From the human T2T-CHM13v2.0 reference genome, Homo sapiens: a stretch of 64,000 nucleotides of DNA. Shown here piece by piece: positions 12,991 through 32,159 of the stretch. The notes below the pieces were generated by a model. That model was not told the DNA's origin. It worked only from the letters and a program-made list of their open reading frames with translations, and made no database searches. Positions within the stretch are counted from its first letter, which is position 1, and the number at the start of each line of letters is the position of its first letter. The stretch lies in NCBI RefSeq assembly GCF_009914755.1, contig NC_060928.1; one strand, given 5' to 3'. The position numbers and the translations under genes are program-made.

Positions 12991-14880
12991 CTTTCAGCCA
13001 GACTGTAATGAAGTCTTTAACAAGCCATTCCACAATTATTTTTGTCAGGTCAACTATTTAGGGGTGGAGTAGATAATGAAACCAGTGAAGTCTATGGGCA
13101 TGTGACCATTGCCTTACGTTTATTTTTCAGTGCATTTATCCTCTTGATTAGAAGAAATGATGTATGTAGTGGACCATGTTGGTGAATAAGGCATTCATTT
13201 GGCACAAGTAAATTACTGCATAAAGAAGCAATTGCAGTAGGGTGGTCAAATCCATATCCAAAACAAACTATCTGTGAGGACAATAACTATTCCCTCTATG
13301 ATGAAAGGATGAAAGGATCCGATGTAAGTTACCTTACCTGATGACTGCCTAGTTCCTTCATGGTCAGGTTGCTCTATTAAAGGCTCAATATTGATTTTCT
13401 GCTGCTTGCAGATTAGAAACTGCAGAAGATAGTTTAGCTGTGGTTGAGAAAAATCCATGTTGAGCCCATATATAACCCCATACCTACAGTCTCTTATTTC
13501 ATAAGCCAACTAAACATAGCTAAGTAAAGAGAACAAACCAATATCTAGAAAACAGGCAATCTTAATAACCTGACTATTTAAAGCTTCCTTTGAAGAGGAA
13601 TCTTCACTACTGACCTTCATTACTGACCTACAAAGGAAAGCCACCACTCCATTAAAAAAAATGTTGGTACTTACCCTTGCCAATGTATTATGTAATGTCA
13701 AGGTTCAATGAGTGTCCTCTAGGCCCTCTTGGTATATGTAGTTAGGAACTGGGTAAGCAGACTGCACATGAAAATATGTCTCAACCTAGCTATTTCTTTA
13801 AGTCTTTAGGTTCTTTCCTCTACATGGTATCAAGAAATTTCTGGCATCTGAAACAACTCTGAGTCTAGGTTTCAGAAAACCAAGTGAACAAATGGAACAA
13901 GCGCCAATTGTTTAAGATGAAATCACTGATAACTGCAGCCATGTTGATTAATTCAACCTGATCTAAAATTATTTACCCTCTCTTTTGTTTAGAAACCTTA
14001 GAGTCTGTTCCAACACATATAATCTATGTTCTTGATGTTCTAAATTAGAAAAATGATACAATTGTGTTTGAGTCTTTCTCTCTTTGGTTTAATTTTATAA
14101 TCTAGTGAATGCTGGAATATGACTGTAGTTATAAGTCTTGAGGCAATGAATGGTGGTAGAAGAGAAGGATAAGGAGAATTGGTACTCATTGCAAGTTATT
14201 TATGTGAAGTGAGATTGTTATAGACTCTTAAAGAAAGATAGTTACAACTTCAACATACAGAAGAGGAGGAGCCGATTAAGCTGAACTAGTGCATTAGAGC
14301 TTGGCAGTTTAGACACTCATTGCAGCTAAATCCTCCCAGATATCTCCATTCCAGTTAAGGGTGGGGTTGGCAGTGTAACAAGCGATTCAAAGTTTCACAT
14401 AAGAGACCTAATATGAATGTAAATTCATCTATGTCATAATTCAGGGACTCATGGAATCAGACTCTATATCTCAGTTTTGGCTATGTCAGACAAAAAATGT
14501 GGCTGACAAAAGATAAAATGTCTTTAGGGTAATTATAGTAATTCCTTGGTCTCTGATCAGGCCTTAAACAAGAACTAAGAACCTTGATGTCATCCTTTTC
14601 TTTATTTAAGTGCTCCAGTACAATGGAAGTAGTCTGGCTTATGTCCCTCCATTCTGTTCTATAATGGTGGCCACTTGGTCTGTAAAACCTTGTCTTCACT
14701 AAGAAGCATCCTGGTGGTCCCAGTGACGGTATTCTGGTGACTGCCAGTAAAGGTTTAGGCAACCTCCATCACTGTGCTCCCTCCCAATAGTAACCAGATC
14801 CTCAGTGCTTTCACATCCAACCAAGTCAGACAACCAATCTCAGATTTCTATTTCCCTCACTTGAAGTACCTCTGTTACCA

Positions 14881-15340
14881 ATTACTTTATGCAGCAGAAT
14901 TCACTCTAATTGGTTCAAGCAGATACCAGATACTTGGTAGTTAAAGAAGGAGGCCAAAGAACTATGCCCAAGTGGTTGCTACAACAGCTAGGAATGGAGC
15001 AGCCCTGAGAAATTTGCTAAGTCCAACAAAGGACTGTTTTGAGCAAAACACTCCTGGCATTGCCTCCTGGTCACTTGGAACCTACAACTCTAGGAACTGA
15101 GCTTCAGAAACTCTTCCACAGCTGCCCAAGAAGAATTGGAGGTTTCTGCTTTCCGGGAGACTTGATCTCCTCACCTTGTTCACTTCCACCTTCGAGTTCT
15201 GTGTGGTCATGTTGGCTTGGCAGAAGCTAGATTTCATACGGACCTTCACTGCAAGGGAGTCTGGAAAGTGTGGAGTTCATCTTTTGGCCTGTGAAGCACA
15301 GGAAGTCAAGCTACAAGAGGGTCTAGAAATGCTGAGGAAC
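14881..15340 (-). mobile_element. LTR41/LTR33-like ERVL 5' LTR
   Basis: Adjacent to the PBS-like motif; contains GCAAGGGAGTCTGGAAAGTGT typical of the LTR33/41 group. Confidence 0.6.
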
Positions 15341-15342
15341 TT

Positions 15343-15734
<392 letters not shown>

Positions 15735-16954
15735 TTAATGAAACTTAGCAGATAGTATAGGCAGGTCACAGGTGGGAGTCAGAGAGGCCATTTTAGCTGT
15801 GAGTGATTTCTTCTTAAAGATGAGGAATTTCAAAGGAAGAGTGGAGCTATGGAAGAGGTACTTGTAATTATGATATAAAAATAGAAAGCAGATGTGTCAG
15901 ACATTACAGCAAAAAAGGAAAAGAAGTCCGTATTTACAAAACAAAGAACTAATGGCATTTCTTTTCAATCTCCTAAGGTATGACAATGGTGCAGCCAAGA
16001 ATAACAAAGAACAGGAACTAGAAAAAATGAATTGCAGTTTCTCTTAATTTTCATTCATATCTAAATCCTCTGTTCTTGTATATTCAAATAAAAACAGCAA
16101 CAGGAACTTAGCTTTGGGCTAAAACTGGAAACAATTCAGGTTGTTATACTTTTTTGAAAACAAAATTTAATTTTTTCAGGTTCAAATAAATGCAATTCAA
16201 AGTAATGAAATGATAATCATGAATGATAAGTGAGGGGGGAGGACAACATGGTAAAGAGATGAGAAGATAGTAATTAATTTGGGGGAAAGTTCATATCTGC
16301 TATGTACAAAATGTTAGAATTATAAACTCAAGATGTGAAAATTAAAAGAAACCTAGAAACCAGTTGAACTTCTCCCTGCAGGCAGAATTTCTTCTGTATC
16401 CCTGACAAACGATTCATCTTCTATCTTCCACTTGACTATTTCTGGGAACAAAGAGCAAGCTGCCATCTTGGTCATCAAATGATAAATAAATGTAGTTTGG
16501 TATAACTCTTTCTTAGTAAAATTTTGCTGATATCCAGGGATTACTGTTTTTTTTTTAAGTTCTTATATCCTATGTGGTTTGTTCTTTTATTTACTAATAT
16601 AGTTTCAGATTTATTAGACTGCTCAATAGATGTGAAAAGATTTTTTTTTAAAATTCCACTTACAATCAGAATTAAACATATCAAGGGGATTTGTGCCTTG
16701 GGTAGTTTTCAACCTTTCTGTCTAAACATCCCATTCAGTACTCAAACTGTTTTCAACAATGGGCACTGCCAAGAGAAAACCGTTCAAACCACCAAAGAAA
16801 ATAAAATTCATTTATATATTTTAATTTAATATATTATATATTGAAGACAAAAAGGCAGGGGAAATAGAATGGTTGTTTATAAAAGTTGACTTACACTGAT
16901 TTACCTGTTACTGAAATAATTATCAAGTGCAGTGATATCAAACCCCAACATTAA

Positions 16955-17379
<425 letters not shown>

Positions 17380-17579
17380 TAAAATGGCTTATTTAAAAGA
17401 AGGAATTTATTGGCTTACATCACTGAAAAGGTGATTGATTTAGATATGGCTGTATCTGGGTGCTCATATGATATGGTTAATCTCTCACTCTCCTTCTCTT
17501 TCTTTCCTATGGATGACTGTTCCTCACTGATGACAGGATGGTAGAGTGCAGCCCCAAGTCTGTATGCTACCACTTATTC

Positions 17580-18059
17580 CAGCAGTCCCTAATCTTTTTG
17601 GCACCAGTGACTGGTTTTGTGGAAGACAATTTTTCCATGGACCTGGGAGTGGGGGATGGTTTCTGGATGATTCAAGTGCATTACATTTATTGTGGACTTT
17701 ATTTCTATTATTACATTATAATATATAATGAAATAACAATACAATTCACCATAATGTAGAATCAGTGGGACCCCTGAGCTTGTTTTCCTGCAACCAGATG
17801 GGACCATCTGGGAGTGATGGGAGACAGTGACAGATCATCAGGCCTTAGATTCTCAGGAGCTGGCAACCTAGATCCCTAGCATGTGCAGTTCACAATAGGG
17901 TTTATTCTCCTATGAGAATCTAATGCCACAGCTGATCTGACAGGAGGCGGAGCTCAGGTGGTAATGTGAGCAATGGGGAGCAGTGTCCTGCTGTGTGGCC
18001 CAGTTCCTAGCAGGCCACGGACCAGTACCAGTATGTGGCCTGGGGGTTGGGAACCCCTG
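17580..18059. mobile_element. MER1A hAT-Charlie DNA transposon
   Basis: Terminal inverted repeats CAGCAGTCCCTAATC...GGTTGGGAACCCCTG; 8-bp TSD ACTTATTC/AGTTATTC; MER1 core GTTTTGTGGAAGACAATTTTTCCATGGAC. Confidence 0.88.
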
Positions 18060-18224
18060 AGTTATTCAGTTCCACTAGAAAGCAAGAATGGCTTTATTCT
18101 AATAATTTCAGCAAAAGTTCCCGGCTATCATGAGATCAACTTGGTTCATATGCCTGTTCCTGAAACTTACCACTATAGACTGAATAGGCTGATGGCAGTC
18201 ACATGTTTACTGCTGGAAATAGGA

Positions 18225-18393
18225 AGGACTGCATGTGATGTGAAGTGTACAAAGCCCCAGCTGACAAGGCAGTGCAACCCTGGCTATTTTCTGGGCAAGG
18301 CTGGTGCTCTGGTGCTGGACTTCATTTGCCTGAAGGAAGCAGTGCATTTTTCTAACTTGTGTGAAGACATTGTATGGACTAGCTGTGGCCCTG
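18225..18393. mobile_element. MER91-like hAT-Tip100 fragment
   Basis: Interrupts the MLT1 LTR; ends TTCTAACTTGTG...GGACTAGCTGTGGCCCTG. Confidence 0.45.
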
Positions 18394-19690
18394 GAGCCAT
18401 GTATGTGGATGGGGTCGGCCTCACTGAACCACTGAGACTGTGAGTGGGAGAGGGATAGTCCTCTGAATGAAAATTAGGTTCACCTTCTATAAGGGAGAAT
18501 GGATGCGCAAGCAGAACTATTGGATATACATTACAGAAAGTAATGCCATTACTGTAATTCTGAATCTTGCCTTGTAGAGCAACTCGACTCTTTAAGTCTA
18601 CTCAACTCAGCTCAACGCAATCCAACAATTATTTTTTATAGGCCAAAGTGTGTGTGTGTGTGTGTTTGCACACACACCTGTGTGCTGGGTAGGGAGGTGT
18701 TACCAAAAGAAAAGACCTACCTTCAAAAAGCATAAAGTATTCTGATTTTAAGCCACGCCAACTATGAAAGTTTTTCTTAAATTCGACTCTGTTATACCAA
18801 ATAAATTAAAAATTATGCAAAATTAAAGATGGTAGCATGTTTCTTTAGTTGCTTTTTAGCAAAATAATCTGTGTATTTCAGTGAATTACACAACTATTAG
18901 ATGTTCAAATACGATTATATTCTGGTTAACTTACAAAATTAGGAGTTGAAAAATTATTTACTTCATTATATTTGTTATAGATATATCAGTCCTTATTTCC
19001 TAACAGTCTGAAATAGCAGCCAAATATAGCTCCTGTAGAAGGTCATCTTAGGTTTTCAGGTGACTTTTAATTACCACTTAGCTTTAAACTACTACTAGTA
19101 ACTCATCGTTTAAAAAAATTAAATTAGCCTTTTATTTCTGTAAAGAAAACTCACCTTTACTCTCCCTTTACTGTCCTGTAGGAATTTTAACAGGACATGC
19201 ATTAACTTTAGACCTTAGGGAAAGCACAAAATAAACAGCAAACTGATAATATTATCTCGCCAAAGTAAAACAAGGGATGGAGGCGTGGGGAGAGACGGCG
19301 GGCGGTAACTAAGTGCCAAACGGGATTTGTTTTTACTTAAACGTTTACAGAGCATCCGCGAGAACTTCCTTCTAAGCTAAATATGTCATCTAGCACCTGA
19401 AAAAATTTAAGTCTGGTTCTTTCTGGATAAAAGAAAGCGCACAGGATTTAAGTGAGTAAATACTTAAGTGAGTAAATTCTTAGAAAAAACAAAACCTAAC
19501 CGCCACAATTGGACTTTGGAACTTTTTTCCCCCCTTAGCAGCAGGCTGAAATTTTCAGTTCCTCGGTCACTGATCAGGGAATTCTGCGCTTCAGGCTGTG
19601 TACACCCGCAAGTCTGGAAGGGTGATGATGATGATGTGATGATGAGTTAGGGCAATTATAACTACGGCAAAAAAAAAAAAAAAAAAAAAA

Positions 19691-20090
19691 GAGTTCGCAG
19701 GGACGCAGCGCTGCCGCCGCCGCCGCCGAGGCCGCGACCACGGCCCGAGCCGGCCACCGCGCGTCAAAGGAGCCATTCAAGGCCCGGCGAGGCGCGGGGG
19801 TTGAGAAGTTAAGGAGCGGGAGGTGGTGCGCCGGGGCCGCGGCCGCGCCATTTGCATTTCAATGCGACCCGCTTGTTGACTCAGTGCCCGGCGCTTCCGC
19901 AGCTCCCACCAGAATCTGCCTTTGTTGGTTTTAGCTCCGGTCAAGTCCACTTCTTGCATCGGGGGAGCCGCGCGCATTGAGTTTGTGTAGTCAGGCAGAA
20001 CGCTCGACAGGAAGGAAGGAGGAAGGGGCGCTCTGCGCGGCCATTGTCTGGGCAACCGGGCTTAAGCAGCCGAGTGACTATTTAATCTAT
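19691..20090. promoter_or_regulatory. CpG island (promoter/enhancer candidate)
   Basis: Non-repeat, very GC- and CpG-dense; (GCC)5, GCGGCCGC 19839-19846, YY1-like CGCCATTT, octamer ATTTGCAT 19850-19857, AP-1 TGACTCA 19877-19883. Confidence 0.8.
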
Positions 20091-20940
20091 AAGGTGCACT
20101 TGAATCCCTCGCAAATCCTCTCAGTGTGGAGCGGAGGCACCCAGACAGGGACAGATGGTGCAGAACCCCTTTGTTTAAGAATATGGAAATACGCTTTTTC
20201 CTTTACTTAAGGTGGTCCGCTCTTTTAACTGTTGCTATTCCCCCTTGCTGCATTGTCAAGGAGAGGGCATGAGAGACTCATGGGTCTGGTCAGCCCTGCC
20301 GAAGCGCCTCCGTATTAAGAAAAAGTAATTGCTGGAAGGGAGTCGCCTCTTTTGGTGAGCCATGAGTACAGTGGAGACCCCACGTACCCTTTTGGCGCCT
20401 TTGCACTTAGGCAGAGTAGCCGAAAGAAGTGTGTTCAGAATTCTTGCAAGATTGTTTTTCATGGGCTCCCTCTCTTTCCTTTTTTCACATTAAACATCAA
20501 GTTCGGAGGTCTCGGGTTGCTTCCCGTGCAACTACGGGAAAAGGGAGACGTCTTGTCCTCAGGGGGCCCTGCTGCTTCGCATTGACCTCTTGGGCTTGTA
20601 AGCAGAGAGGTTGATGGGCAGGATGGCCACTGCAGCTGGGCCGCACCTGTGCTTCTGCGTCCACAGCTGTAATTTAGAGTGTGTTCAACATCAGGCTGGG
20701 GAAAGGTACACATAGGTTTGGGGTATTGTAGAAAAGTGGAAGACTGCCCATAGAGCCCTGGAGCATGGTGACATTTCACAAGATAGCTTTTCTGATCTTC
20801 CTAACGACATGGAGGACTCCACTTGCAGCGGGACTGGGGATACACTAGGACCATCAGATCCCACCCCCAGTCAGTCTGAAATGAATTCAACCAACCGTCC
20901 ACACATATAAGTCTCAGTTTTTGTTTAAAACATGCAGTCA

Positions 20941-21298
<358 letters not shown>

Positions 21299-21957
21299 TC
21301 AGGTAAAAATCAAATTCGTTTCCATTTTCAGTACATATTAAACAGGAAGCAGGTAATTGTCTTGTGGTTTTGAAGGTAAAATAAAGAGGACACATTATAA
21401 AATAGATGTTGAAGTATTTTAATCTAGGTGTTTCAGTGTCGGGCATGTTAATACATTTCTGTAAAGAGGTAGATGTCTGTTTGGTCTCTAATGCAAACAC
21501 TTGACTATGTGAAATGCTCACATCCATTTTTTATTTTTCTTAAAAGGCACTTTCTCTTCCCAACCACGTGGCTGCAGACTTCTTGCTCTCAAGTTGTCCT
21601 GACATGCTCTGAGAGCACACACAACATACATACAACACCTGGATCTGTGAATTAATTACTGCCTAGGCTACCACCAAGAAGCTTTCCAAGTGGCCAAGTG
21701 CAAGGATCTTCTGTTTCTTATCCAAGTACATTCTTTCATCACGGCCTCGGTCCAAGAATTGACCCTTAACTATGAATTCCTGCTTCATTTCCATTTCACT
21801 CAGCCATTTTAGAGCAGGAAAAAGCCAGAAGCAGGTGTCAGCCAGCAGGTGTGGCTCATAATTCATATTTTTCACAGAAGCATCATTTGGAGGGGAAAAA
21901 ATCTGTCTAAGCTGGTTTCAAAGTTAACTTATTAGTATAAATTTTTTAAAAAAGATA

Positions 21958-22189
21958 GGCCAGCCTGGGCAACAAAGTGAGACCCCTGTCTCTACAGGAA
22001 AAAAAAAAAATTAGCTGGGTGTGGTGTTGCACACCTGTTGGCCCAACTACTCAGGAGGCTGAAGTGGGAGGATCACTAGAGCCCAGGAGGTTGAGGCTAC
22101 AGTGAGCTGTGATCAGGCCACCGCACTCCAGCCTGGGCAACAGAGTAAGTCCCCATCTCTAAAGAAAAAAATAAAAATAAAATAAAAAA
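21958..22189 (+). mobile_element. 5'-truncated AluJ
   Basis: Starts at CCAGCCTGGGCAAC; J-type right arm and A-tail. Confidence 0.85.
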
Positions 22190-22234
22190 TTTGGGAGTGG
22201 CGAGGGTCAGTGTTTTTTCTTATAATACATGCTC

Positions 22235-22991
<757 letters not shown>

Positions 22992-23799
22992 ACCACTGCT
23001 TGTAGTTTTAAAATGTTACAGGTTTTTCCTTTTGCATAGTGAAAAATGGAACACAATGTTATTATTCCATGGACAGGTGTGAGCTTGAGCATATTATGTT
23101 CTTTGGCTTTCTTTTGATTTTATGTAATGTGTCTTTTGTTGGACTTCATTACAGTGATGGCCTCCCCCTCTGTTTCTGATTAAACCGTGAAACCTCACAC
23201 ACTCACTGATATTTTTTACTTTGTTTTGGTTAGTAAGTAAGTTTTGGTGATGAGACTATGAAGCCACAAATTCCCTAAAGCACTGGAATTCAGTTAAAAG
23301 GAAACTACTCCATCCAGCGAAGAGTTTTGGTTTTAGTTGAACCCGGAGCTTTGTGTTCATTCATAGTTAATAAATAATGCCCATTCATCTAGCCCAAGGG
23401 GACGAGATTGGGGATGCTCACATTCTATGGGGTGAAGAATTCCTAGAGTGCCTAAGACCAGTGTGTTATGTGGGACCTCGATTAAAGGTCAGAGAATGAG
23501 ACTATGTATTCCCATAGGGAAGGGATACTTTAGCAACTGACTCTACTTATGAGAGGGTTCGGCCAGCTGGGACATGAATTCAAAGGCTTTAATTATGAAT
23601 CAGTTCCCATAAGACTATTATGTCTGGATTGAAAGTGTTCAAATTGAACTGTAATTTTTAGTTTCTGCATTGCTTGCTTGGGTTTGAAATGGAAATAATT
23701 ATGGTGATTCTCCATACCAGAAAGAAGATTATTTACAAGTGCACACCAAAATTTGCATTCAGGTGTGGAATTAGTTTAGGAAAGCTCTCCAAGTCAGAA

Positions 23800-25300
23800 T
23801 CTGTTTTCCCCAAAGTCAGCACAGAGCCCCAGTTGCTGCCTCTGAAAGATTTCTGTCGCATCTTATCTGGTATCTGTGGTGGTTGTCAGTATCAACTGCT
23901 ACCTCTTTGGAAAGTTACTCCCTTGTCTGTGGTGACAGGACACACTCCTGTTTTTCTCCTACCTCCATGGCCTGTCCTTCTTAGTCTTTTTTGGCCTTTC
24001 CCCTTTGCCCATCCCTTACTTGTGCTCTCTGAGAAGTTCTCTCATTGGGAGAGAACTCTTTCCTACATTCTCCCTTGGTGAGCTTTCTGGGAAATATTTC
24101 TTGAACACACCTCTACTCTCCTGCCTCAGGGCGTTTGCACATATGATTTTGTCTGCTTAGAATGTTCTTTCCTCACATATGGCGATATGTGGCTTGCTTC
24201 GTTGTTTAGTTCTCCAGTGTCACCTTTAGACGAAGGCTTTCCTGGTTATCCATAGAAAATAGCAGGTATCTAGTCAGGGCTGGGACTAGGCGGAGGCAAG
24301 CAAGATACCCAGGGTACAGAATTTAAGGAGGCACCCACTCTCATGCAAGGGCAGGGTGAGCACCTGAGAATGAGTGCCTCTCTACATTTAGTGTCCTGAG
24401 TACCTCGCTTGCCTAAGCCATCTGGCCCTGTACCCAGTCACTCTCCAGTCTCCTTATTTTTCTTCACAGATGTTATCACCCCCTAACATATGTACATAAT
24501 TGATCACTGTCTGTTTCCCCACCCTTGCCCCACCCACGCCATGACAGTGTGAGCCCTGTGGGAGCAGGCCCTTGTCTGTTTTAGTTTTTGCTGTATCCCT
24601 GGAGCCTAGAACAGCTCAGGACATAGTCAGTATTCAGTATATGTTTATATTTAATTAAATATAATGTATAAATGGCTACCATTCATATTATTGATGGCTC
24701 TCAAATTTGCAAAAACAAGGTTTGTAAATGGACCTCTCCCCTTGATGCCCCACAAGCTTTTTAAACTCAGCATATCCAAAATTGCGTTTAATACCGTCTG
24801 CTGCCAAAAACCTACCTCCCATTTGAATTCTCTTTTCAGATGAATAGCACCTACATGCAGCTCAGATCAAAATGCTAGAGATGTGGTAACTCAGGCTTGC
24901 CAAGTTGCTCGGGAAATAACTTCTGCCCTGGTCATCTCCATCCCTAGGGTCCTGCCCTCTCATTCAGGCCCTCCTCCCTGCCTCCAGGGAAAACTGCCTT
25001 CACCTTTCAACTGATCTTGCAAATACTTTGCCTTTTCTGTTGGAAACTTCCACCATGTTGCTGTGAAGGGAGCTGTCTAAACCACACATCTGATCATGCC
25101 ACTTCTTTACCTTATTCTCCTTCCACATAGCCCCATAGGTTTGAAGATCCAATCCAAATTTTGTAGATGAGAAGGCCCTTGTGATCTGCTGCTGAGCCTC
25201 CTGTGCCTACTTCCTTTCTTTTCCTGCCCCTGTGTTCTACCCTGCCTCCCCACCCAACACATAGTCTTTGTGCTCCCTTACGGAATACTTGGAATTGCTA
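23800..25300 (+). mobile_element. L2 fragments
   Basis: L2 motifs CCTGCCTCAGGGCGTTTGCACAT...AGAATGTTCTTTCC and TGCTGTATCCCTGGAGCCTAGAACAG. Confidence 0.6.
24275..24430. mobile_element. MER91A-like palindromic hAT MITE
   Basis: CAGGGCTGG...CTGGCCCTG termini, internal dyad, degenerate 8-bp TSD TATCTAGT/TACCCAGT. Confidence 0.65.
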
Positions 25301-25686
25301 GAAACATCTATCTTTTCTTCTTTTTTTCTTTTTTAATTATACTTTAAGTTCTAGGGTACATGTGCACAACGTGCAGGTTTGTTACGTATATATACATGTG
25401 CCATGTTGGAGTGCTGCACCCATTAACTCATCATTTACATGAGGTGTATCTCCTAATGCTATCCCTCCCCCTTCCCCCCACCCCACGACAGGCCCCAGTG
25501 TGTGACGTTCCCCTTCCTGTATCCAAGTGTTCTCATTGCTCAATTCCCACCTATGAGTGAGAACATGCGGTGTTTGGTTTTTTGTCCTTGTGATAGTCTG
25601 CTGAGAATGATGGTTTCCAGATTCATCCAAGTCCCTACAAAGGACATGAACACATCCTTTTTTATGGCTGCATAGTATTCCGTGGT

Positions 25687-29309
<3,623 letters not shown>

Positions 29310-29414
29310 TGAGCACCTCTGAGGACAAAAACTGGGTCTTTCATTTTGCATACCCAGTATACAGTTGGCGCTCCATGTTGTTTGTTGAATGTGTATAAAC
29401 TCATCTAAATATTA

Positions 29415-29680
<266 letters not shown>

Positions 29681-31677
29681 CTACACCCTTATGTGAAAAA
29701 TTTACTTTGTCATATATTAAATTTTAACAAATAGTTGGATATAGTTCCTGTTTTCTATTTTGTTCTCTTGATTTACATATCCATTCCTGTACCAGTAACT
29801 CCCTCAGTTACACTCCCCCTCAACCCCCACTGCCCAGAATGTTCTCTGAGCTTTGTCCATGATTATTTTCCTAAATATATTTTGGTATTGAATGTTATGT
29901 TGATTTTTAATATTAATAGAAAAATCCCTTTAAGAGTTTTAATTGGAGTAATTATGCAATACTGAACATTATCTTTGAAAAAGCAGAACGTTTTTTAATT
30001 ATAATTTTCGCATCTTGAAGTTGGTTAGTTGCTAGTTTAAGAGTAACCAGATAATGGAGAAACCACATCAATAGCTGATGTCCAGTGACAGTCACATTTT
30101 TAAGCTAATCACTCTAGTTTCTCAGGACAGAATTCATAGCCTCATGTTTCTCATGCCTGATAAATTCTTCCCTTCCTATGCAAAGATAATCCATCTAACA
30201 AGCTAACATATTTGTCTTTTAAAACTCTCTAATGGAGATAGACAACATCTTTCATGTGCCATTTTAGCAGTAGATGGAATATTATGGCTGGAAAGTTCTT
30301 TCTTTTGTCCAACCCTAGTATTTAAACACGAATTCAACCTATTCTCTTGGTGGAGATGAAAAACAGCTGGCCACCATCCCTTTTCCACAAATTTTTCTTA
30401 CACTTTCAACTGGTAATAGTGAAATACATCTTCAGCTCAGTTTGACTAAAAATGTATTTTGTGGGGCCTTCTAAACATCCATAAATTTTGCACAAACCTT
30501 TCAAGCATTTTACATGATTAATCCCCTATGATTATCTAATACAAGATGTTGCACACTGCCTGAAGCTCAGATTATGAAGAGAGGCCTGTAACCTTGGGGG
30601 CGTCTGCATCGTGTTCACTGCATTATCAGTCTTTCCCATCGTTTGTTTGTATAATAGGATCAAAAACACAGATATTTTGTTTTTTACCTTGTTTATTTTA
30701 AACCTTTTGTGTCTTTTGGCTGGGAATAGAGTCTAAACTTTCTAATTTAAGCAAAGGCGTTTATGAGCGACTGGGGCAAAGATTTCATTCCATAGCCCGG
30801 CTAGGAATGAAAGGAGGAGGGAGATGGAAGGAGGGAGATGATTTGGTTCATTGATTTCTCTTCTGAGTCCATTTATTTCCAGTTCTAGCCCCTGATCCCT
30901 ATCTGCCAGGGGAGTAGTTAATCATTTTTCTCATATCCTCTGGCTCTCAATAAGTGCTCAGGTGATCTGATTTAAGGTATGCCTTAAGTTTGTGCAAGCC
31001 ACTTACATGAGCTCATAGTTACAATTTATTTCAGGTAAAGTTATTGATAGTATATAAGGATGATACAACTTGGTTTACATTATTATGAAATTTTAAAATC
31101 TGATTAATTTTACACAAATAGAGCTTTTTGTTGTTGTTGTTTTCTTAATTGCTGAGAACCATAGCAATGGAAGTTCACTCCCACTCCTACTTTTAGGGAA
31201 GATTTTGGTAAACGATTTCAGACAGCTGAGTTTTAGGCCACACTGTCAATCAAACAAAACAAAACAAAACAAAAAAACACTATCAAACTTATCCACTTGG
31301 ACCACTGTTTACCTGCTTTTCCTCCATTTCTCTGACAAGAGCCTATGCAGAAACGTGAACAATACAGGTCAGCCTTTAAAAACAAATAACTTCATAAGAA
31401 GTGAGCACATTCAGGGAGTACGTCCCTGGGCTGCAGACGTTCAGCCCAGCACATGTGGTGCAGAGTCTGTAGAAGACATAAGGGAATGGAATGTGTTCTT
31501 CCACAGGAGTGACTTTGGGAAGCTCTATACTTATTTCAGTGATGCTGCCAATACTGAAGATTCTTTTTGGAACTCCTCTTTAAGAAACACCTTCAGGCTT
31601 TCTATCTCAAAATATTTCCTAAGTCTATCAGTTTTTTTTGGTCACCCCATGGCCAATGCCCTAATTAAGATACTTAG

Positions 31678-31998
<321 letters not shown>

Positions 31999-32159
31999 GC
32001 TCACTGGTTTTATGCCCAGTTTACACCCCTTCAATTAATTTTTCTTGTTGTTGCTAGAGGGATCTTTTTCCTGTGACCATATCCCTTAACGTGATGGTCA
32101 GCGCTTTCTACCATCTGGTCTTGTTCTATTTTCCAGGCTTTTCTTCTCCCTATCCCCTC

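Larger units (their letters stand above)
11196..14880 (-). mobile_element. ERVL internal region (gag/pol remnants) interrupted by L1MB and a VNTR
   Basis: ORF 11450-11647 SPGKELRPAEMLNEGTVNIEWVVEE matches the ERVL pol C-terminus; PBS-like TGGTAACAG on the minus strand at 14872-14880. Confidence 0.72.

Noticed and set aside
12058-13033. 120-188 aa I/Y/L/S-rich ORFs with an 11-aa repeat
   Set aside because: Stop-free reading of the 33-bp minisatellite plus an L1 remnant.
17973-18443. 156-aa ORF
   Set aside because: Spans MER1A, MLT1 and MER91-like pieces; no recognisable domain.
19691-19702. GAGTTCGCAGGG after A22 as a possible Pol III B box or retrocopy end
   Set aside because: Lacks the GTTCRA core, and there is no A box, TSD or recognisable parent RNA.
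19574-20055. Ala/Arg/Pro-rich ORFs in the CpG island
   Set aside because: Expected from GC-rich DNA, (GCC)n and the poly-A run; no recognisable protein or exon structure.
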